64,000 bases of DNA from an archaeon. Lineage in GTDB: Archaea; EX4484-52; WAPT01. The stretch is from positions 2,955 to 66,954 of the forward strand of contig JAPDKB010000008.1 in NCBI GenBank assembly GCA_029258795.1. The letters run 5' to 3'. Both the position numbers and the translations under genes were made by a program. Position 1 is the stretch's first letter. Every line of letters starts with the position of its first letter. Shown in pieces: positions 9,457 to 20,581 of the stretch. Under the pieces are notes generated by a model. That model made no database searches, was not told the DNA's origin, and worked only from the letters and a program-made list of their open reading frames with translations.

Positions 9457-11951
9457 GCACCACCCATCAGCTTGCCCCAGCTGCTTTTAGCGGGGTCTAT
9501 ACCATCCTCACCAGGAACGAACTGGACTATGTTTCCGGCAGCATCCCTCACAGTCCAGTCGTAATCCACACGTAAGTCATGGAGGGCGTTGACAAGCCTT
9601 CTTTCCAGATAGCCAGACACCCTCGTCTTGAGGGATGAATCCATTATACCCTCTCTACCCTTCATGACCTCGAAGAAAAATTCTATGGGGTCAAGACCCT
9701 CAATGAATGATGACTCCACATATCCGTGAGCTTTCGGACCGAGATCATACTTCTTGAAGTGAGCCAGAGTTCTGCCCTTGAAGCCCCTGAAGGCTCTTCC
9801 ACCCCTTATCATTTCCTGTCCCACAATTCCCGCCATGTAAGTCAAGTTTTGCAAGCTACCTCTTGCTCCCGTCTTAGCCATGATCATGGCATCCGTCTCG
9901 GTGAAGTTCTTCTTTATGATATCCTGTACCTTGTTAACAGCTTCCCACAGCTCAGCCATTATTAAATCTTCTCTTGTCTCCTCCACGGTCCTGCCCGGAT
10001 ATGGTGTTATCTCTCCCTTCCTGTACTTTTCTATGATGCCATCCACCTTCTTGTACGTTTCCTTCACCACCTTCTTTATCTCCTTCTTTATGTCCTGTGG
10101 CAGGTCTATGTCAGAGATGGAGATGGTGAATCCTCTTATCATGAGAGCGCGTATACACATCCTTGTAACTCTATCCAGAAACTCTCTGGCAACCGAATGA
10201 CCATATTCCATATCTATCTTATCGAGCAACAATCCCTTGAATGGGGATATCGCCTTGCTGTCGATGGCACCGCAAACAAGCTCACCGTTCTTCACGACAA
10301 CATAAGCATCATGCTCACACTTATCCTTCTTGCACTTATCACATTTCTGGCAGAATCCAGCTTTAAACTCTATGTTGAGGTCATCCGGCAATAGCATTGA
10401 GAACAGCTCCTTGCCGGTGTACTCTTCCTTTTCCAGGTCCATGTATATTCCGGCTGCAGCAAGCACCTGCGCCGCCTCTTCTCTGCTGAATTTTGTGCCT
10501 GTTTTGGTGAGAATGTATGCACCGCTTATGAAGTCCTGCGTAGCTCCGATAATCGGTCCTCCGAACCTCGGAGACCTTATATTTTTCTCAACCAGCATCA
10601 GCTCTTCTGCTTCAGCTCTTGCTTCAGCGGTTTGAGGAACATGAAGGTTCATTTCATCTCCATCGAAGTCAGCGTTGTATGGCGGGCATGCAGCAAGGTG
10701 AAGCCTGAAAGTGCGATACGGCATAACCCTGACCTTGTGGGCCATCACAGACATTCTGTGGAGGGATGGCTGCCTGTTGAAGAGCACAACATCCCCATCC
10801 TGAAGGTGTCTCTCAACTATGTAACCCTCTGCAAGCTCTTCTGCAATCTCCTCCTTGTTTTCGGGCAAAATTCTTTTTCTTGTGCCATCAGGTCTTATTA
10901 TGTAATTGGCTCCGGGATAAACATCACTTCCGTTTTTAACGAGCTTTCTCATTTCTTTTATGTTGTGCGATGTGACCTTTATCGGGATGGTTATTTCCAT
11001 CGCAACCTCAAGCGGGACGCCAACCTCATTTATACTTATCAGTGGGTCTGGAGACACCACGGCTCTTGCAGAAAAGTTAACTCTCTTACCCGTAAGGTTG
11101 TGCCTAAACCTGCCCTCTTTAGTTTTCAACCTCTGAGCGAGAGTCTTGAGGGGTCTTCCAGATCTGTGCCTTGCAGGAGGTACTCCACTCAACTCGTTGT
11201 TGAAGTATGTTGCCACGTGATACTGTAAAAGCTCCCAGAGGTCATCTATAATGAATTGCGGAGCCCCGATTTCAAGATTTTCAGCAAGTCTCTGATTTAT
11301 CCTTATTATGTCCACCAGTTTGTGTGTCAGGTCATCCTCGCTCCTCTCTCCCGTCTCAAGGGTTATGGAGGGTCTTGCTGTTATTGGTGGCACGAGGAGC
11401 AGTGTGAGCACAAGCCATTCTGGCCTGCCACCCTTCAAGCCCAGTGCCTTTGCATCCTCATCGCTTATCTTTTCGAAGTGAGCCCTTATCTCTTCAGGGT
11501 TGAGCTGCTTGTTGCCCCTGAAGAATGTGTATGGCTTCTCAAATTTCACCTTCTCTATCTTCGCATTACAGTGAGGGCACTGCTTTGGCGGTTCAGCTTT
11601 CAACCTTTCAGCATCACTCCTAACCTTCGACTTTTCAAGCAGAAGCTTACCGCACTCAGGACATGTGAGGGTGAGCAGGATTTTTATCTGCTTGAGATAG
11701 AGAACGTTGAGCACCGGCTTGGCAAGCTCTATGTAACCAAAGTGACCCGGACAATCTCCGAACTTACCACCACAGGTTCTGCACCTTATGCCGGGGTCAA
11801 CGACACCCAGCCTCGGATCCATAACTCCTCCTTTAACCGGATAAGCGTCAGCATCGTACACTTCCGGAGTGGTGACCTTCATAACCGCAAGCTTCTTTAT
11901 GGCTTGAGGAGACAATAACTCGAATTTTATAGCTTTTATTACTCTTGCCAT
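9453..11951 (-). CDS. rpo1N: RNA polymerase subunit A'
   Basis: YNADFDGDEMN catalytic motif, LFNRQPSLH, Zn-binding N-terminus. Confidence 0.98.
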   Translation of the reverse strand: MARVIKAIKFELLSPQAIKKLAVMKVTTPEVYDADAYPVKGGVMDPRLGVVDPGIRCRTCGGKFGDCPGHFGYIELAKPVLNVLYLKQIKILLTLTCPECGKLLLEKSKVRSDAERLKAEPPKQCPHCNAKIEKVKFEKPYTFFRGNKQLNPEEIRAHFEKISDEDAKALGLKGGRPEWLVLTLLLVPPITARPSITLETGERSEDDLTHKLVDIIRINQRLAENLEIGAPQFIIDDLWELLQYHVATYFNNELSGVPPARHRSGRPLKTLAQRLKTKEGRFRHNLTGKRVNFSARAVVSPDPLISINEVGVPLEVAMEITIPIKVTSHNIKEMRKLVKNGSDVYPGANYIIRPDGTRKRILPENKEEIAEELAEGYIVERHLQDGDVVLFNRQPSLHRMSVMAHKVRVMPYRTFRLHLAACPPYNADFDGDEMNLHVPQTAEARAEAEELMLVEKNIRSPRFGGPIIGATQDFISGAYILTKTGTKFSREEAAQVLAAAGIYMDLEKEEYTGKELFSMLLPDDLNIEFKAGFCQKCDKCKKDKCEHDAYVVVKNGELVCGAIDSKAISPFKGLLLDKIDMEYGHSVAREFLDRVTRMCIRALMIRGFTISISDIDLPQDIKKEIKKVVKETYKKVDGIIEKYRKGEITPYPGRTVEETREDLIMAELWEAVNKVQDIIKKNFTETDAMIMAKTGARGSLQNLTYMAGIVGQEMIRGGRAFRGFKGRTLAHFKKYDLGPKAHGYVESSFIEGLDPIEFFFEVMKGREGIMDSSLKTRVSGYLERRLVNALHDLRVDYDWTVRDAAGNIVQFVPGEDGIDPAKSSWGKLMGGA

Positions 11952-11972
11952 ATCACACCACACCCTTCAAAA

Positions 11973-14900
11973 TCACTCTTCTTCCTCACCAACTTTCAGT
12001 TTTGGATTGATGTGCATCGCTCTCAGCTCATCAAGGAGGAGCTTGAACGCATATGAAACCTCTGCCTCCTCCACATTTTCTGATTTACAGAGCTGGCATA
12101 CTGGCTTGTTCTTTATGTAGTCAAACATTGCTATGCTTCCGCATTCCTTACACACATACACTTTAGTGCGGTCTGAGCTAAACCTCTCTTTGAGAGTTAT
12201 GGCAGCACCATGGGCTATCAGGCAGTCCTTCTCCATCTCTCCAAATCTCAGTCCACCTTCCCTGCTCCTACCCTCAGTTGGCTGCTTTGTGAGCAGGGTG
12301 ACAGGGCCTCTTGCCCTTGCATGTATCTTGTGGGAAGCTATATGGTATAGTCTGAAGTAATGGCCCACTCCTATCAAGATGTGTGCCTCGTATTTCTTTC
12401 CTGTCACACCATCATACAGCACTTCCTTTCCATCGTATCTGAATCCGGCTTTCTCAAGCGCCTTCACTATCTCCTCTTCATTGGATTTAAAGACGGTGCC
12501 ATTGATTCTCTCGCCCTTCATCGCTGCGGCCTTACCTCCTATGAACTCGAGCAGCTGTCCGACCGTCATTCTGGATGGGATTGCGTGAGCATTTATTATT
12601 ATGTCGGGGGTGATGCCGTCCTTTGTGAAAGGCATGTCGTGCTCAGGCACTATAATCCCTATAACTCCTTTCTGACCGTGCCTTGTAGCGAACTTATCTC
12701 CCACCTCTGGCACCTTTGGCTCTCTGACTGTAACCTTAACCAGCCTGTCTCCGTCATCATTCTCCGTCACCACCGCCTTATCCACTATTCCTCCCTCTCT
12801 CGGATTCACGGTTTCAGAGTTATCTCTTACGGCTCTCACACCCATCCTGACCTCTTTCATCACACCAAGGAACCTTATCGGGGAGATCTTACCGACCAGC
12901 ACATCATTGCCATCAACTTCGGTTTCAGGGGGTATTATTCCATCCTCATCCAGATGTCTGTAAGCATTCTCTCCTTTGTAACCCTTGACCGTGGGGTCGG
13001 GAATCCTTATCTCGTCCTCCTGTCCGCCCCAGTAACGTGTAGCTTCCGTTATGTATGTCCTGTAGAAATATGATCTTCCGAGCCCCCTCTCTATGGACGC
13101 CTTGTTGACTATAAGAGCATCCTCCATATTGTATCCTTCAAAAGGCATTACAGCTACTACCAGATTCTGACCTGTGGGGTGCTCCTCCAAGCCAGTGAAC
13201 TTAGTGCTGTCTGACATGATGATTGGGAGCTGTGGATATGCCAGCAGGTAGCTTGATGTGTCCGTCCTAACCAAGTAGTTCTTGGCGTAAAGACCTAACG
13301 ACTGCACTATCATTCTCGTACCGTAGTTAAGCCTGTCTCCTCTGTCCTTCTCCGCAAGCACAAGCAGTGATGCGTCAACACCCAGAATGAATAGAGGATC
13401 AATCTCGAGGTGGGTGTGCTCTTCCGTAACATCTTCCTCCTTCAACGCAACGTAAGCATTTTCCTCCTCTTCGGCATCGAGGTACTCAACTATTCCTTTC
13501 TCCACAAGCTCCTTCCATGTTATCTCTCCCTTGAGCAGCTTTTCCTTAAGCTCATCCGTGAGCTTTGACCTGCCGTTCTCCACCACTATGAGCGGGCGCC
13601 TTGCTCTTCCACCATCCGTGTTTATAACAACTTCCTGCCTGTCCTCATAATAGCAAACGTTCATCTTCTTTGTGAGCACGCCCTTCCTTCTCTTCTCCCT
13701 GAGCATTCCGGCCAGCTTTTTACCATCAGGATAGTATCCAACAAGATTTCCGTTCAGATAAACCTCCACTCCAACCTTCTCCTTCTCGCTCACACCCATT
13801 GATTTGAGGGCTGATACGATTTTTGTGTTCTCAACTTCCGTTGCATCGGTGGTTATCTCAGCTGCTATTGCCAGGAACTTCCTCAAACCGATGTTCTGAC
13901 CTTCGGGAGTCCTTATGGCACATATCCTTCCCCACTGGGTCGGGTGAAGTTCTCTTGCCTCAAAGTGCTCCTGAGTTGAGGAAAGAGGTGAGACAACACT
14001 CCTCAAGTGGGCAACACTCCTCACAAAATTGCTCCTCTCCAGCCTTTGGGACACACCGGTTCTGCCCCCAACCCAGTTTCCTGTTGCCATGGCCCTCATA
14101 ATCTGCTTAGTAAACACATCTGACACCACCGTGCTCTGCAGCTTTAGCAGCTTCCTGCCACGCTTCATCATTTTCTGGTAGTTGTACTGCAATCTTGCTA
14201 TCAGACCCCACCTGCCAAGAATCACTGACCTGACAAGCATTTCCATTAGCTCGCCGACCATGCGGAGGCGTTTGTTAGCATAATGATCTATATCATCCGG
14301 TTCTATCTTGCCCCTCCTGAGCTTTATCAGCTTCCTCATCACCATCGCAAGATACTTTGCCTTCAGGATTCTGCTTGCAGCCGTTGTGCCGAGGTGTGGA
14401 AGGAAGTAATTATCGAGGAGGTAGTAAACTCTCTCTTCCCTCTGCTCCTTCTGGGTTATCTTCATCTTCCTGCCGAGGAAATCCACAGCATCCTCTCTGT
14501 TATACACATCCACACCGTAGATGTTGAGGTAAACATCTTCAAGCTCGTCCTCCTCAGCGTTTATCTCCTCTATTATATCCTTATCGCTGTCAAGCCCGAG
14601 AGCTTTTATCACTGCTATGAGCGGGATGGGCTGCTGCACACCCGTCAAGCGTGTCGTTATTATACCATCGCTCTGCCTTTCGAATATATGTTTCTGCACA
14701 AACCCGCTTCTTTCGGAGTTTATTCTTGCATAGTACTCGTTCTTCTTCCTCTGCAAAATGAGTTTGTTAGGTGCAACCTCCTCAGAAACTATGACCACTC
14801 TCTCGGTTCCGTTTATTATGAAATAACCACCCGGATCATCAGGATCCTCTCCCGCCTTTATTAGCTCTTCCCTGCTCATCTTGGAGAGAGGGCAGAGCAC

Positions 14901-15266
14901 GGATTTGACCATGACCGGAATCTCCCCTATCTCCACAGTTTCTGTGTTGTACTCCACATCCTCGAAAACATGAGTCATCTCGACAAAAATCGGAGCAGCA
15001 TAAGTTATGTTTCTCAACCTTGCTTCATGTGGAAGAATGGGCTCGACATTGCCTCCGGGCTCCCTTATCTGTGGCTCGCCAACCATCACCTTTCCAAGTT
15101 TGATGTAAAGTTCTTCTCCTGTCGGAAGCTCGATAGGAATCTTACCAATCTCATCAATTATTTTCTGCAGCTTTCTCGTCACAAAATCGTTGTAGGATTC
15201 TATCTGGTGTCTCGCGAGAGCGCCATCCCTTGCAAGCTCATCCAAAAAACTCTTACCCAAATTCAT
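11973..15266 (-). CDS. rpo2: RNA polymerase subunit B (unsplit)
   Basis: [35 protein letters not shown]. Confidence 0.98.
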   Translation of the reverse strand: MNLGKSFLDELARDGALARHQIESYNDFVTRKLQKIIDEIGKIPIELPTGEELYIKLGKVMVGEPQIREPGGNVEPILPHEARLRNITYAAPIFVEMTHVFEDVEYNTETVEIGEIPVMVKSVLCPLSKMSREELIKAGEDPDDPGGYFIINGTERVVIVSEEVAPNKLILQRKKNEYYARINSERSGFVQKHIFERQSDGIITTRLTGVQQPIPLIAVIKALGLDSDKDIIEEINAEEDELEDVYLNIYGVDVYNREDAVDFLGRKMKITQKEQREERVYYLLDNYFLPHLGTTAASRILKAKYLAMVMRKLIKLRRGKIEPDDIDHYANKRLRMVGELMEMLVRSVILGRWGLIARLQYNYQKMMKRGRKLLKLQSTVVSDVFTKQIMRAMATGNWVGGRTGVSQRLERSNFVRSVAHLRSVVSPLSSTQEHFEARELHPTQWGRICAIRTPEGQNIGLRKFLAIAAEITTDATEVENTKIVSALKSMGVSEKEKVGVEVYLNGNLVGYYPDGKKLAGMLREKRRKGVLTKKMNVCYYEDRQEVVINTDGGRARRPLIVVENGRSKLTDELKEKLLKGEITWKELVEKGIVEYLDAEEEENAYVALKEEDVTEEHTHLEIDPLFILGVDASLLVLAEKDRGDRLNYGTRMIVQSLGLYAKNYLVRTDTSSYLLAYPQLPIIMSDSTKFTGLEEHPTGQNLVVAVMPFEGYNMEDALIVNKASIERGLGRSYFYRTYITEATRYWGGQEDEIRIPDPTVKGYKGENAYRHLDEDGIIPPETEVDGNDVLVGKISPIRFLGVMKEVRMGVRAVRDNSETVNPREGGIVDKAVVTENDDGDRLVKVTVREPKVPEVGDKFATRHGQKGVIGIIVPEHDMPFTKDGITPDIIINAHAIPSRMTVGQLLEFIGGKAAAMKGERINGTVFKSNEEEIVKALEKAGFRYDGKEVLYDGVTGKKYEAHILIGVGHYFRLYHIASHKIHARARGPVTLLTKQPTEGRSREGGLRFGEMEKDCLIAHGAAITLKERFSSDRTKVYVCKECGSIAMFDYIKNKPVCQLCKSENVEEAEVSYAFKLLLDELRAMHINPKLKVGEEEE

Positions 15267-15511
15267 CCCTTAACCACCACCCTATAATATATGGATTCTC
15301 CAGCAGTCGGGCTTTTTCTGGTAATCCTGATTATGTCCCCGGGCTTTGCTCCGAGAATTTTGGCGACCGGGTCAGAAGCATAAATGCGTGGAAGCTGTTT
15401 TTTTGTGATGTTGAGCTCCTCCAGCAATTTCTTTGCTTCTTCCTCGCTAAGAATTTCATGTTTTGGCACGAGCTCGTGATTGAGGATTATATCTTTCTTG
15501 ATGTTCACCAC
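15263..15511 (-). CDS. rpo5: RNA polymerase subunit H
   Basis: [28 protein letters not shown]; the ORF-track extension overlaps tRNA-Lys, so start taken at GTG about 15511. Confidence 0.95.
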   Translation of the reverse strand: MVNIKKDIILNHELVPKHEILSEEEAKKLLEELNITKKQLPRIYASDPVAKILGAKPGDIIRITRKSPTAGESIYYRVVVKG

Positions 15512-15565
15512 CGCTAAGGATTTATTTCGGTTGGACAGGGCACCCATGGAGCATGTGGTTGAAAT

Positions 15566-15704
15566 TGGTGGGCCCGACGGGATTTGAACCCGCGACTCCC
15601 GGGTGTCTTCCGCTCCTGCCTTCACGGCAGGGAGGGCAGTCTGGTTAAAAGCTTCACCCTCCTTGTTAAGAGCCCGGTGCTCTACCAGACTGAGCTACGG
15701 GCCC
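15566..15704 (-). tRNA. tRNA-Lys(CTT) with 62-nt intron at 37/38 (15605-15666), encoded CCA
   Basis: GGGCCCG acceptor, GCTC/GAGC D-arm, CCGGG-CT-CTT-A|intron|A-CCCGG, GTTCAAATC T-loop, ACCA end. Confidence 0.92.
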
Positions 15705-16031
15705 ACGGACAGGGAACATGATGCGGAACACAGCATGAGTGAAGTTATGTGAGAGAGGTATTTGAAGTGTGAGGAAGAGCTGTGAGCTAATATTCAACCA
15801 CCCGCGAGAAGGTTTTACAACCTCATCTTTTCATACCTCAAATTTATAAACTTTGCGGATTCTTCGAGGATGCAGGATGTTTGGTCGACATATCAGAACA
15901 TCAAAATATTTAATGGAAAACTTTATATTATTTTTAGAGGGTGTTGGGGAAAATAAGAAAGGTGTCGATGCAAGGAGAACAAGCTTTTTTAAAGTTTGTG
16001 TGTTATGAAATAAAATCGCTCTGAGTTTTGC

Positions 16032-16156
16032 GCCCCGGTAGTGTAGTCCGGCTGATCATACGGGACTGTCACTCCCGTGACCCGGGTTCAAAAGATGCTG
16101 CTCGATGCCGTCCTGCAGGATCGGGCATGCTGCTGGATTTCCCGGCCGGGGCGCCA
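16032..16156 (+). tRNA. tRNA-Asp(GTC) with T-loop intron (about 16093-16139)
   Basis: GCCCCGG acceptor, CGGGA-CT-GTC-AC-TCCCG, relaxed BHB (TTCA/TGGA helix, AAA and TTT bulges), GCCA end. Confidence 0.92.
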
Positions 16157-16199
16157 AGTTCTTCTTTTTGTTAAAGAGATTAGTAACAAAATCCTTTGC

Positions 16200-17264
16200 C
16201 TAGAAATTCAAGAGTCGCTCTTTGTTTTTAACCAAAGATATCAATAGCAAAAGCAGTTCCCGATCAATAAGAACGTGTTTATAATATCCTTTTCTCTCTC
16301 GCATCTCTACGATGTCTCTCCAAACGCTAGGGGCTACATTATTTGTGGCTGTAATCATTAGAAGTTCTCCTTCTTTCGCATGTCTAACTCCTTCTGAGTA
16401 ATCCATTTCGCTAAATCTGCTCTTGAAATATGCTTTTGCCTCTCCATACTTTTCAGGTTTTATGCTGCTCAAATAACTATAGAGATTTATGATATGAAAA
16501 TCCGGCATACCTGGCCCGCCAATTCTAACCACTTTAGAGTTGAGAAGTGTGTTACCGTATTGGGTGTGCAGTGTAGTCAAGAACTTTGGTAATGTTTCTC
16601 TCAACTCTTTGAGCAGATTCACGACAAATTTTTCGAAGTTGTAAGGCCTTTCCTTCTCATTCCAAGCACTTACTACTTCATCGAACCAAATTTCACTAGA
16701 CTTTTCTGGAGAAGTTGGAATATCTCTCGCGATACTCTGAATGAGTTCCTCGACCTCCTCGGAGTCTTGTCTGAGAAATTCAAGAAGGTAGTATGCTTTT
16801 TGCTTCCATGGTGCTAACTTACGAAGACTCCTTCTGTGATCCAAATATACAAAAATACAGTTCTTCCCCTTGTTTTCGGAGAGGATGTACGTAAAGTTCG
16901 AGATCTCTGGAAAAATCACGTAAATAGATTTTTGAGCATAGTGTAGTTTCAAAACCATTCTATGCTTATCCAATTCTACAGGTGCGATAGTGCTTATCTT
17001 ACGCTTAACTTCCTGAAGTATCGTTATATAACGGACATTCTCGATAATCCTCTTAATCCTTATATGTTTCTCGGATGGGCGTATCTGCCTTCCACACCTA
17101 CAAATTGGTAGTTGAGTCGAGCAATCATCGAACTCTATTTCTTCATCACAATTCTGACATTTCAACACTTTTTTTTCTTCTATTTCAATAAAATCTTTTA
17201 GGTCTTCTGGTAAGCTCTGTGTTAAAAGCGAATATCCTCTAACCAAAGGAATCCTGTCTGTCAT
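16200..17264 (-). CDS. Zn-ribbon plus Mrr-like PD-(D/E)xK endonuclease-domain protein
   Basis: N-terminal CQNC...CRCG; C-terminal FEKFVVNLL...GGPGMPDF...EAKAY...MITATN...VLIDRELL matches the Mrr_cat pattern. Confidence 0.6.
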   Translation of the reverse strand: MTDRIPLVRGYSLLTQSLPEDLKDFIEIEEKKVLKCQNCDEEIEFDDCSTQLPICRCGRQIRPSEKHIRIKRIIENVRYITILQEVKRKISTIAPVELDKHRMVLKLHYAQKSIYVIFPEISNFTYILSENKGKNCIFVYLDHRRSLRKLAPWKQKAYYLLEFLRQDSEEVEELIQSIARDIPTSPEKSSEIWFDEVVSAWNEKERPYNFEKFVVNLLKELRETLPKFLTTLHTQYGNTLLNSKVVRIGGPGMPDFHIINLYSYLSSIKPEKYGEAKAYFKSRFSEMDYSEGVRHAKEGELLMITATNNVAPSVWRDIVEMRERKGYYKHVLIDRELLLLLISLVKNKERLLNF

Positions 17265-18436
17265 TTTGTCAACACCTTATTTAGATATGCTAAGATGTTC
17301 TCTCGATCCTCTAAGGAAAGACCCCGATAGTCAAAACTTATGCTTGTGTCTTCTCCTTCCCTGAAGAATTTTATTGTAAATTTTCTCCCCTGAAACTTTA
17401 TTCGAACATATTCACAGTCGCTTTCATCGAGAACTAACTCGTACGTTTCTCTCAAATCAGTTAACGCATTTTCTACTCCTAATTCCTCGTCTTGTGCTTT
17501 GATAATTACCTTTGGGGAATCGGTGAGTGGAAAGTTTGCAAAACATGCTTCCAAAAGTTTTACATTTTTATCTTCGCCTTTCATCCATTTTGATATTAGC
17601 TTGTTTATTTTTTCTCTTGGAAACTTTCTTTCTTCTTCACTTAGTTTTACATCATTGTTAGTAAGATCCTTTATGAGGTTTTCCGCAAATTTTTTTATCG
17701 TCTTTTTTTCTTTTTTTGTATAGATCTCCACCCTTGAGAAATCTTTTTGTATCTTAAAAACCTTCGAATCTGCCAGTCGTACAAAATCATTCCTATCTAC
17801 TAGTTTTATTGGGGCGCTTTTGAGTCTAGATCTTCGAAAAATAATTATCCATTCGTTTTCAGTTTCTTTAAACCACCAAACCTTGGATTTCTGCCTTTTT
17901 TTCTTCCTTTTTCTTTCGTACGTATTTAGAAGATTTTCTACGGTTTCTTCATCTACATGTATATCTTCTACCTCAGGACGAGGATCGACAATGTACTTGG
18001 TAAATTTGCACTTTCTTATAAAAGACTCATAAAGTAAATCAACAAGCGCATCACTATGTTTGAGGTATAATAAAATAATCAACATGTCTGCATCATTCCC
18101 GTAGATTTTCATCTCGTCATCTTCGAGGAATTTGGCAGCGTGTTCACGTATCAAAGCCATGTGGCCAATCTTACTAGCAAACCAAGAGCAGCAATACATA
18201 GAAAACATTAACTCTTTGTCTTTATTGTACATCTCCCGGAATTTTTCAAACCTTTTACGTTTTTTAGTTTTGTCTAGACCTAAAAATCCTAACCATTTCT
18301 CATTTCTTGTCCTTAATCTATTGAAAATCTTTTTACAAAAACTTTTTTCGTCTGTTTTCATTTCATCGAGAAAGTCTTCTACTGGAATTTCTAGTTTTTT
18401 CCAAAATTCCACAGTCTTCTCTCCAATATCGTTCAT
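17261..18436 (-). CDS. Hypothetical protein, 391 aa, coupled to the nuclease gene
   Basis: Long AT-rich ORF, 4-nt overlap with downstream gene; no recognised motif. Confidence 0.75.
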   Translation of the reverse strand: MNDIGEKTVEFWKKLEIPVEDFLDEMKTDEKSFCKKIFNRLRTRNEKWLGFLGLDKTKKRKRFEKFREMYNKDKELMFSMYCCSWFASKIGHMALIREHAAKFLEDDEMKIYGNDADMLIILLYLKHSDALVDLLYESFIRKCKFTKYIVDPRPEVEDIHVDEETVENLLNTYERKRKKKRQKSKVWWFKETENEWIIIFRRSRLKSAPIKLVDRNDFVRLADSKVFKIQKDFSRVEIYTKKEKKTIKKFAENLIKDLTNNDVKLSEEERKFPREKINKLISKWMKGEDKNVKLLEACFANFPLTDSPKVIIKAQDEELGVENALTDLRETYELVLDESDCEYVRIKFQGRKFTIKFFREGEDTSISFDYRGLSLEDRENILAYLNKVLTK

Positions 18437-18438
18437 AA

Positions 18439-19044
18439 TTAATCACCATTAATCATGTTCATTAAAGCGACTTGCTCTACAGCACTTAGCTCAAATGAAA
18501 CCAAATTTGCGATTTCTGAAACAATTTTCTCGTCTAAATTAAATTTTTTCACAAGTTTTTTCCATTCTTTATCCTCTAGATTTTCTAGTGCGTTAAAAAA
18601 ACAAAAAATAATCTCATCAAATCCTTTTCTTTTTCCTCCTAGGTCAATAAGTGTTTCGAAATACTCTTTCAAAAAATACTTAATAAGATCTGGAGGTATA
18701 ACTTTCTTCAAATCGTTTATACTCATCGAAGTTAATCTTGTTTTGCCTGAAAAAAGAAATGGCTCTCTAATATGGATAATTTCATTTACTGTCGTGTAGA
18801 ACACGTTGAGTAACGAACTCCAATTTACTTCGTATTTCTTAGATTTATCTCGGCGGACAGGTTTTATCAGACCTGCTTTTTCTAACTCTTTAAGCTGTTC
18901 TGTGACCGTAGGTTGTTTCTTTTTTAGAACCTTCGCTATGGAAGTTGCGTAGTTTTTGCCGCTTATAATACTTAACAAAACCTCGAGATATGCTGGTCTT
19001 TCCAATATATCAAGTACGTTGTCAAGATTAGTCTGTTTTGCCAT
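18439..19044 (-). CDS. ArsR/winged-HTH transcriptional regulator
   Basis: YATSIAKVLKKKQPTVTEQLKELEKAGLI HTH. Confidence 0.8.
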   Translation of the reverse strand: MAKQTNLDNVLDILERPAYLEVLLSIISGKNYATSIAKVLKKKQPTVTEQLKELEKAGLIKPVRRDKSKKYEVNWSSLLNVFYTTVNEIIHIREPFLFSGKTRLTSMSINDLKKVIPPDLIKYFLKEYFETLIDLGGKRKGFDEIIFCFFNALENLEDKEWKKLVKKFNLDEKIVSEIANLVSFELSAVEQVALMNMINGD

Positions 19045-19135
19045 GATTATAAAAACTACACAAAAATATTTAAATGTTATTGGTATCGACTATACCATAA
19101 AAAATGGGTGTTTGGAGGGTGTTAATAGAGTACTA

Positions 19136-19924
19136 CTATAATACGCTCGCCCCTCCCCCCAAAAACTCCTGCAAATCTCTGAATTCATCGATTAAATCTG
19201 CGGCAAGGTATGCTGAACCGCCGTTCTTCTCCTTCACTCTGTAGATGGAGATCACCCCACATGGCAGTTGCTGCTCTTCCTTCCTTAAGTCAAGCGCTAT
19301 GAAGCACACCACATCTTTCGTGCTGTAAAGTGAGCTCATCCATTTCGCAATTTCCCTTATCGTTGAGCCCGAATTGACCACATCGTCCACTATGGCTATG
19401 CGGTCCACATCAACCGCGGTCTCAACCGCTCTGTATTCATCCAGAACCTTTCTGTAAATCTGACCCTCATAGGGCTTGCCACTGATATTGTCTATAAAGC
19501 CGATTGTTTTGCCATCTTTCACCACCCTCTTTATCGGACAGTAAAGGATTTCTAGCATGCTTTTTCCGTTTGTGGACAGTGAAAGCCGTATCCTCTCCAT
19601 CAATTCCTTGCCTCCACTTCCCACTGAAATTACGGCATCATAGCTCAGAAGCTCGCTGTACCACGTTTCAACACAATCCCTTTCCATCTCTTTAAGCTTG
19701 GCGTTTTCCCACTTGCGCTGCGATAGAAAAGAAGGTACGCGCTTGCCCTGCTTCTCCTTCCATCTTGCGTACTTCTCCACGCTCCTCCCATCAAGCTCGC
19801 TCAGAGCATCAAGCAGCGCTTCCATTTCATCCTTTTCCTCCCCGAGGTAGAAAATGGCAGTGTAGTTATCGACTATGAACCCTCTTGCCGGTAGCGTACC
19901 TTCTCGATTCAGATATGCTGACAT
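19136..19924 (-). CDS. Type I phosphoribosyltransferase-domain protein
   Basis: PRPP motif IAIVDDVVNSGSTI; an RBS-linked in-frame ATG at 19963 is cut off by TAG at 19931-19933. Confidence 0.7.
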   Translation of the reverse strand: MSAYLNREGTLPARGFIVDNYTAIFYLGEEKDEMEALLDALSELDGRSVEKYARWKEKQGKRVPSFLSQRKWENAKLKEMERDCVETWYSELLSYDAVISVGSGGKELMERIRLSLSTNGKSMLEILYCPIKRVVKDGKTIGFIDNISGKPYEGQIYRKVLDEYRAVETAVDVDRIAIVDDVVNSGSTIREIAKWMSSLYSTKDVVCFIALDLRKEEQQLPCGVISIYRVKEKNGGSAYLAADLIDEFRDLQEFLGGGASVL

Positions 19925-20141
19925 TTCCCGCTAATTCCTTAAGATTTCTCGTACTCCATTCATACCACCTCCGGTGTTTTTTTAGAAGGGAGATGATGAG
20001 AACATAGCTGAAGCTAAGAAAAAGCACATTTCCTTTCATGGCGCGAGATGTTGGTACAGCATCACCACACCTATGTTAAAATCACACCATCAAAGTTTTT
20101 AAGCTTAACCATTTCAGAAAAAGCGTTCCTTTGATGGAAAA

Positions 20142-20519
20142 TTATTTCAAATAGCGGGTGTTTTCAAGCAATATTTCGGCAAAGTTTCTTATATTCCCTA
20201 TGGACGGGTTGGTTTCCATGTATTTCTCTATTATTGGATGAAAATCCATCTCTACAATCGCATGTCTGGGTCTTTCGTACATTTCCTGCAGCGTGCACGT
20301 GAATACTGTTGCACTTGAACTCATCTTTCCTTTATTTGAAGCCACGCTAACACTACTCTGGTCCACCTTGAGAGACACAAGCAATTCATTACACGCGTCA
20401 TCCGTGAACACGAAAAAATAGTAAGGATATCCACCATACCCTGCCGCTATTTCCTTAAAACCAAGGTCCGAAATGAGCTTGTCTATGGAAGATAGAGAAA
20501 GTGACCATACGGTTGACAC
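20142..20519 (-). CDS. Hypothetical protein
   Basis: 125-aa ORF, plausible composition, no motif. Confidence 0.5.
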   Translation of the reverse strand: MSTVWSLSLSSIDKLISDLGFKEIAAGYGGYPYYFFVFTDDACNELLVSLKVDQSSVSVASNKGKMSSSATVFTCTLQEMYERPRHAIVEMDFHPIIEKYMETNPSIGNIRNFAEILLENTRYLK

Positions 20520-20581
20520 CCTCTCTCTGAAATTGATTTTGGTTAGTGACTCGTTGAAAAGTAAAAATTTTTAATTATTAG

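Noticed and set aside
8311-15266. Inteins in RNA polymerase subunits
   Set aside because: Normal lengths and no intein signatures
15512-15625. N-terminal extension of RpoH in the ORF track
   Set aside because: Overlaps tRNA-Lys; RpoH similarity begins near 15511
20134-20150. Tenth palindrome copy ATGGAAAATTATTTCAA
   Set aside because: Lacks the TCC half-site; plausible by chance in AT-rich DNA
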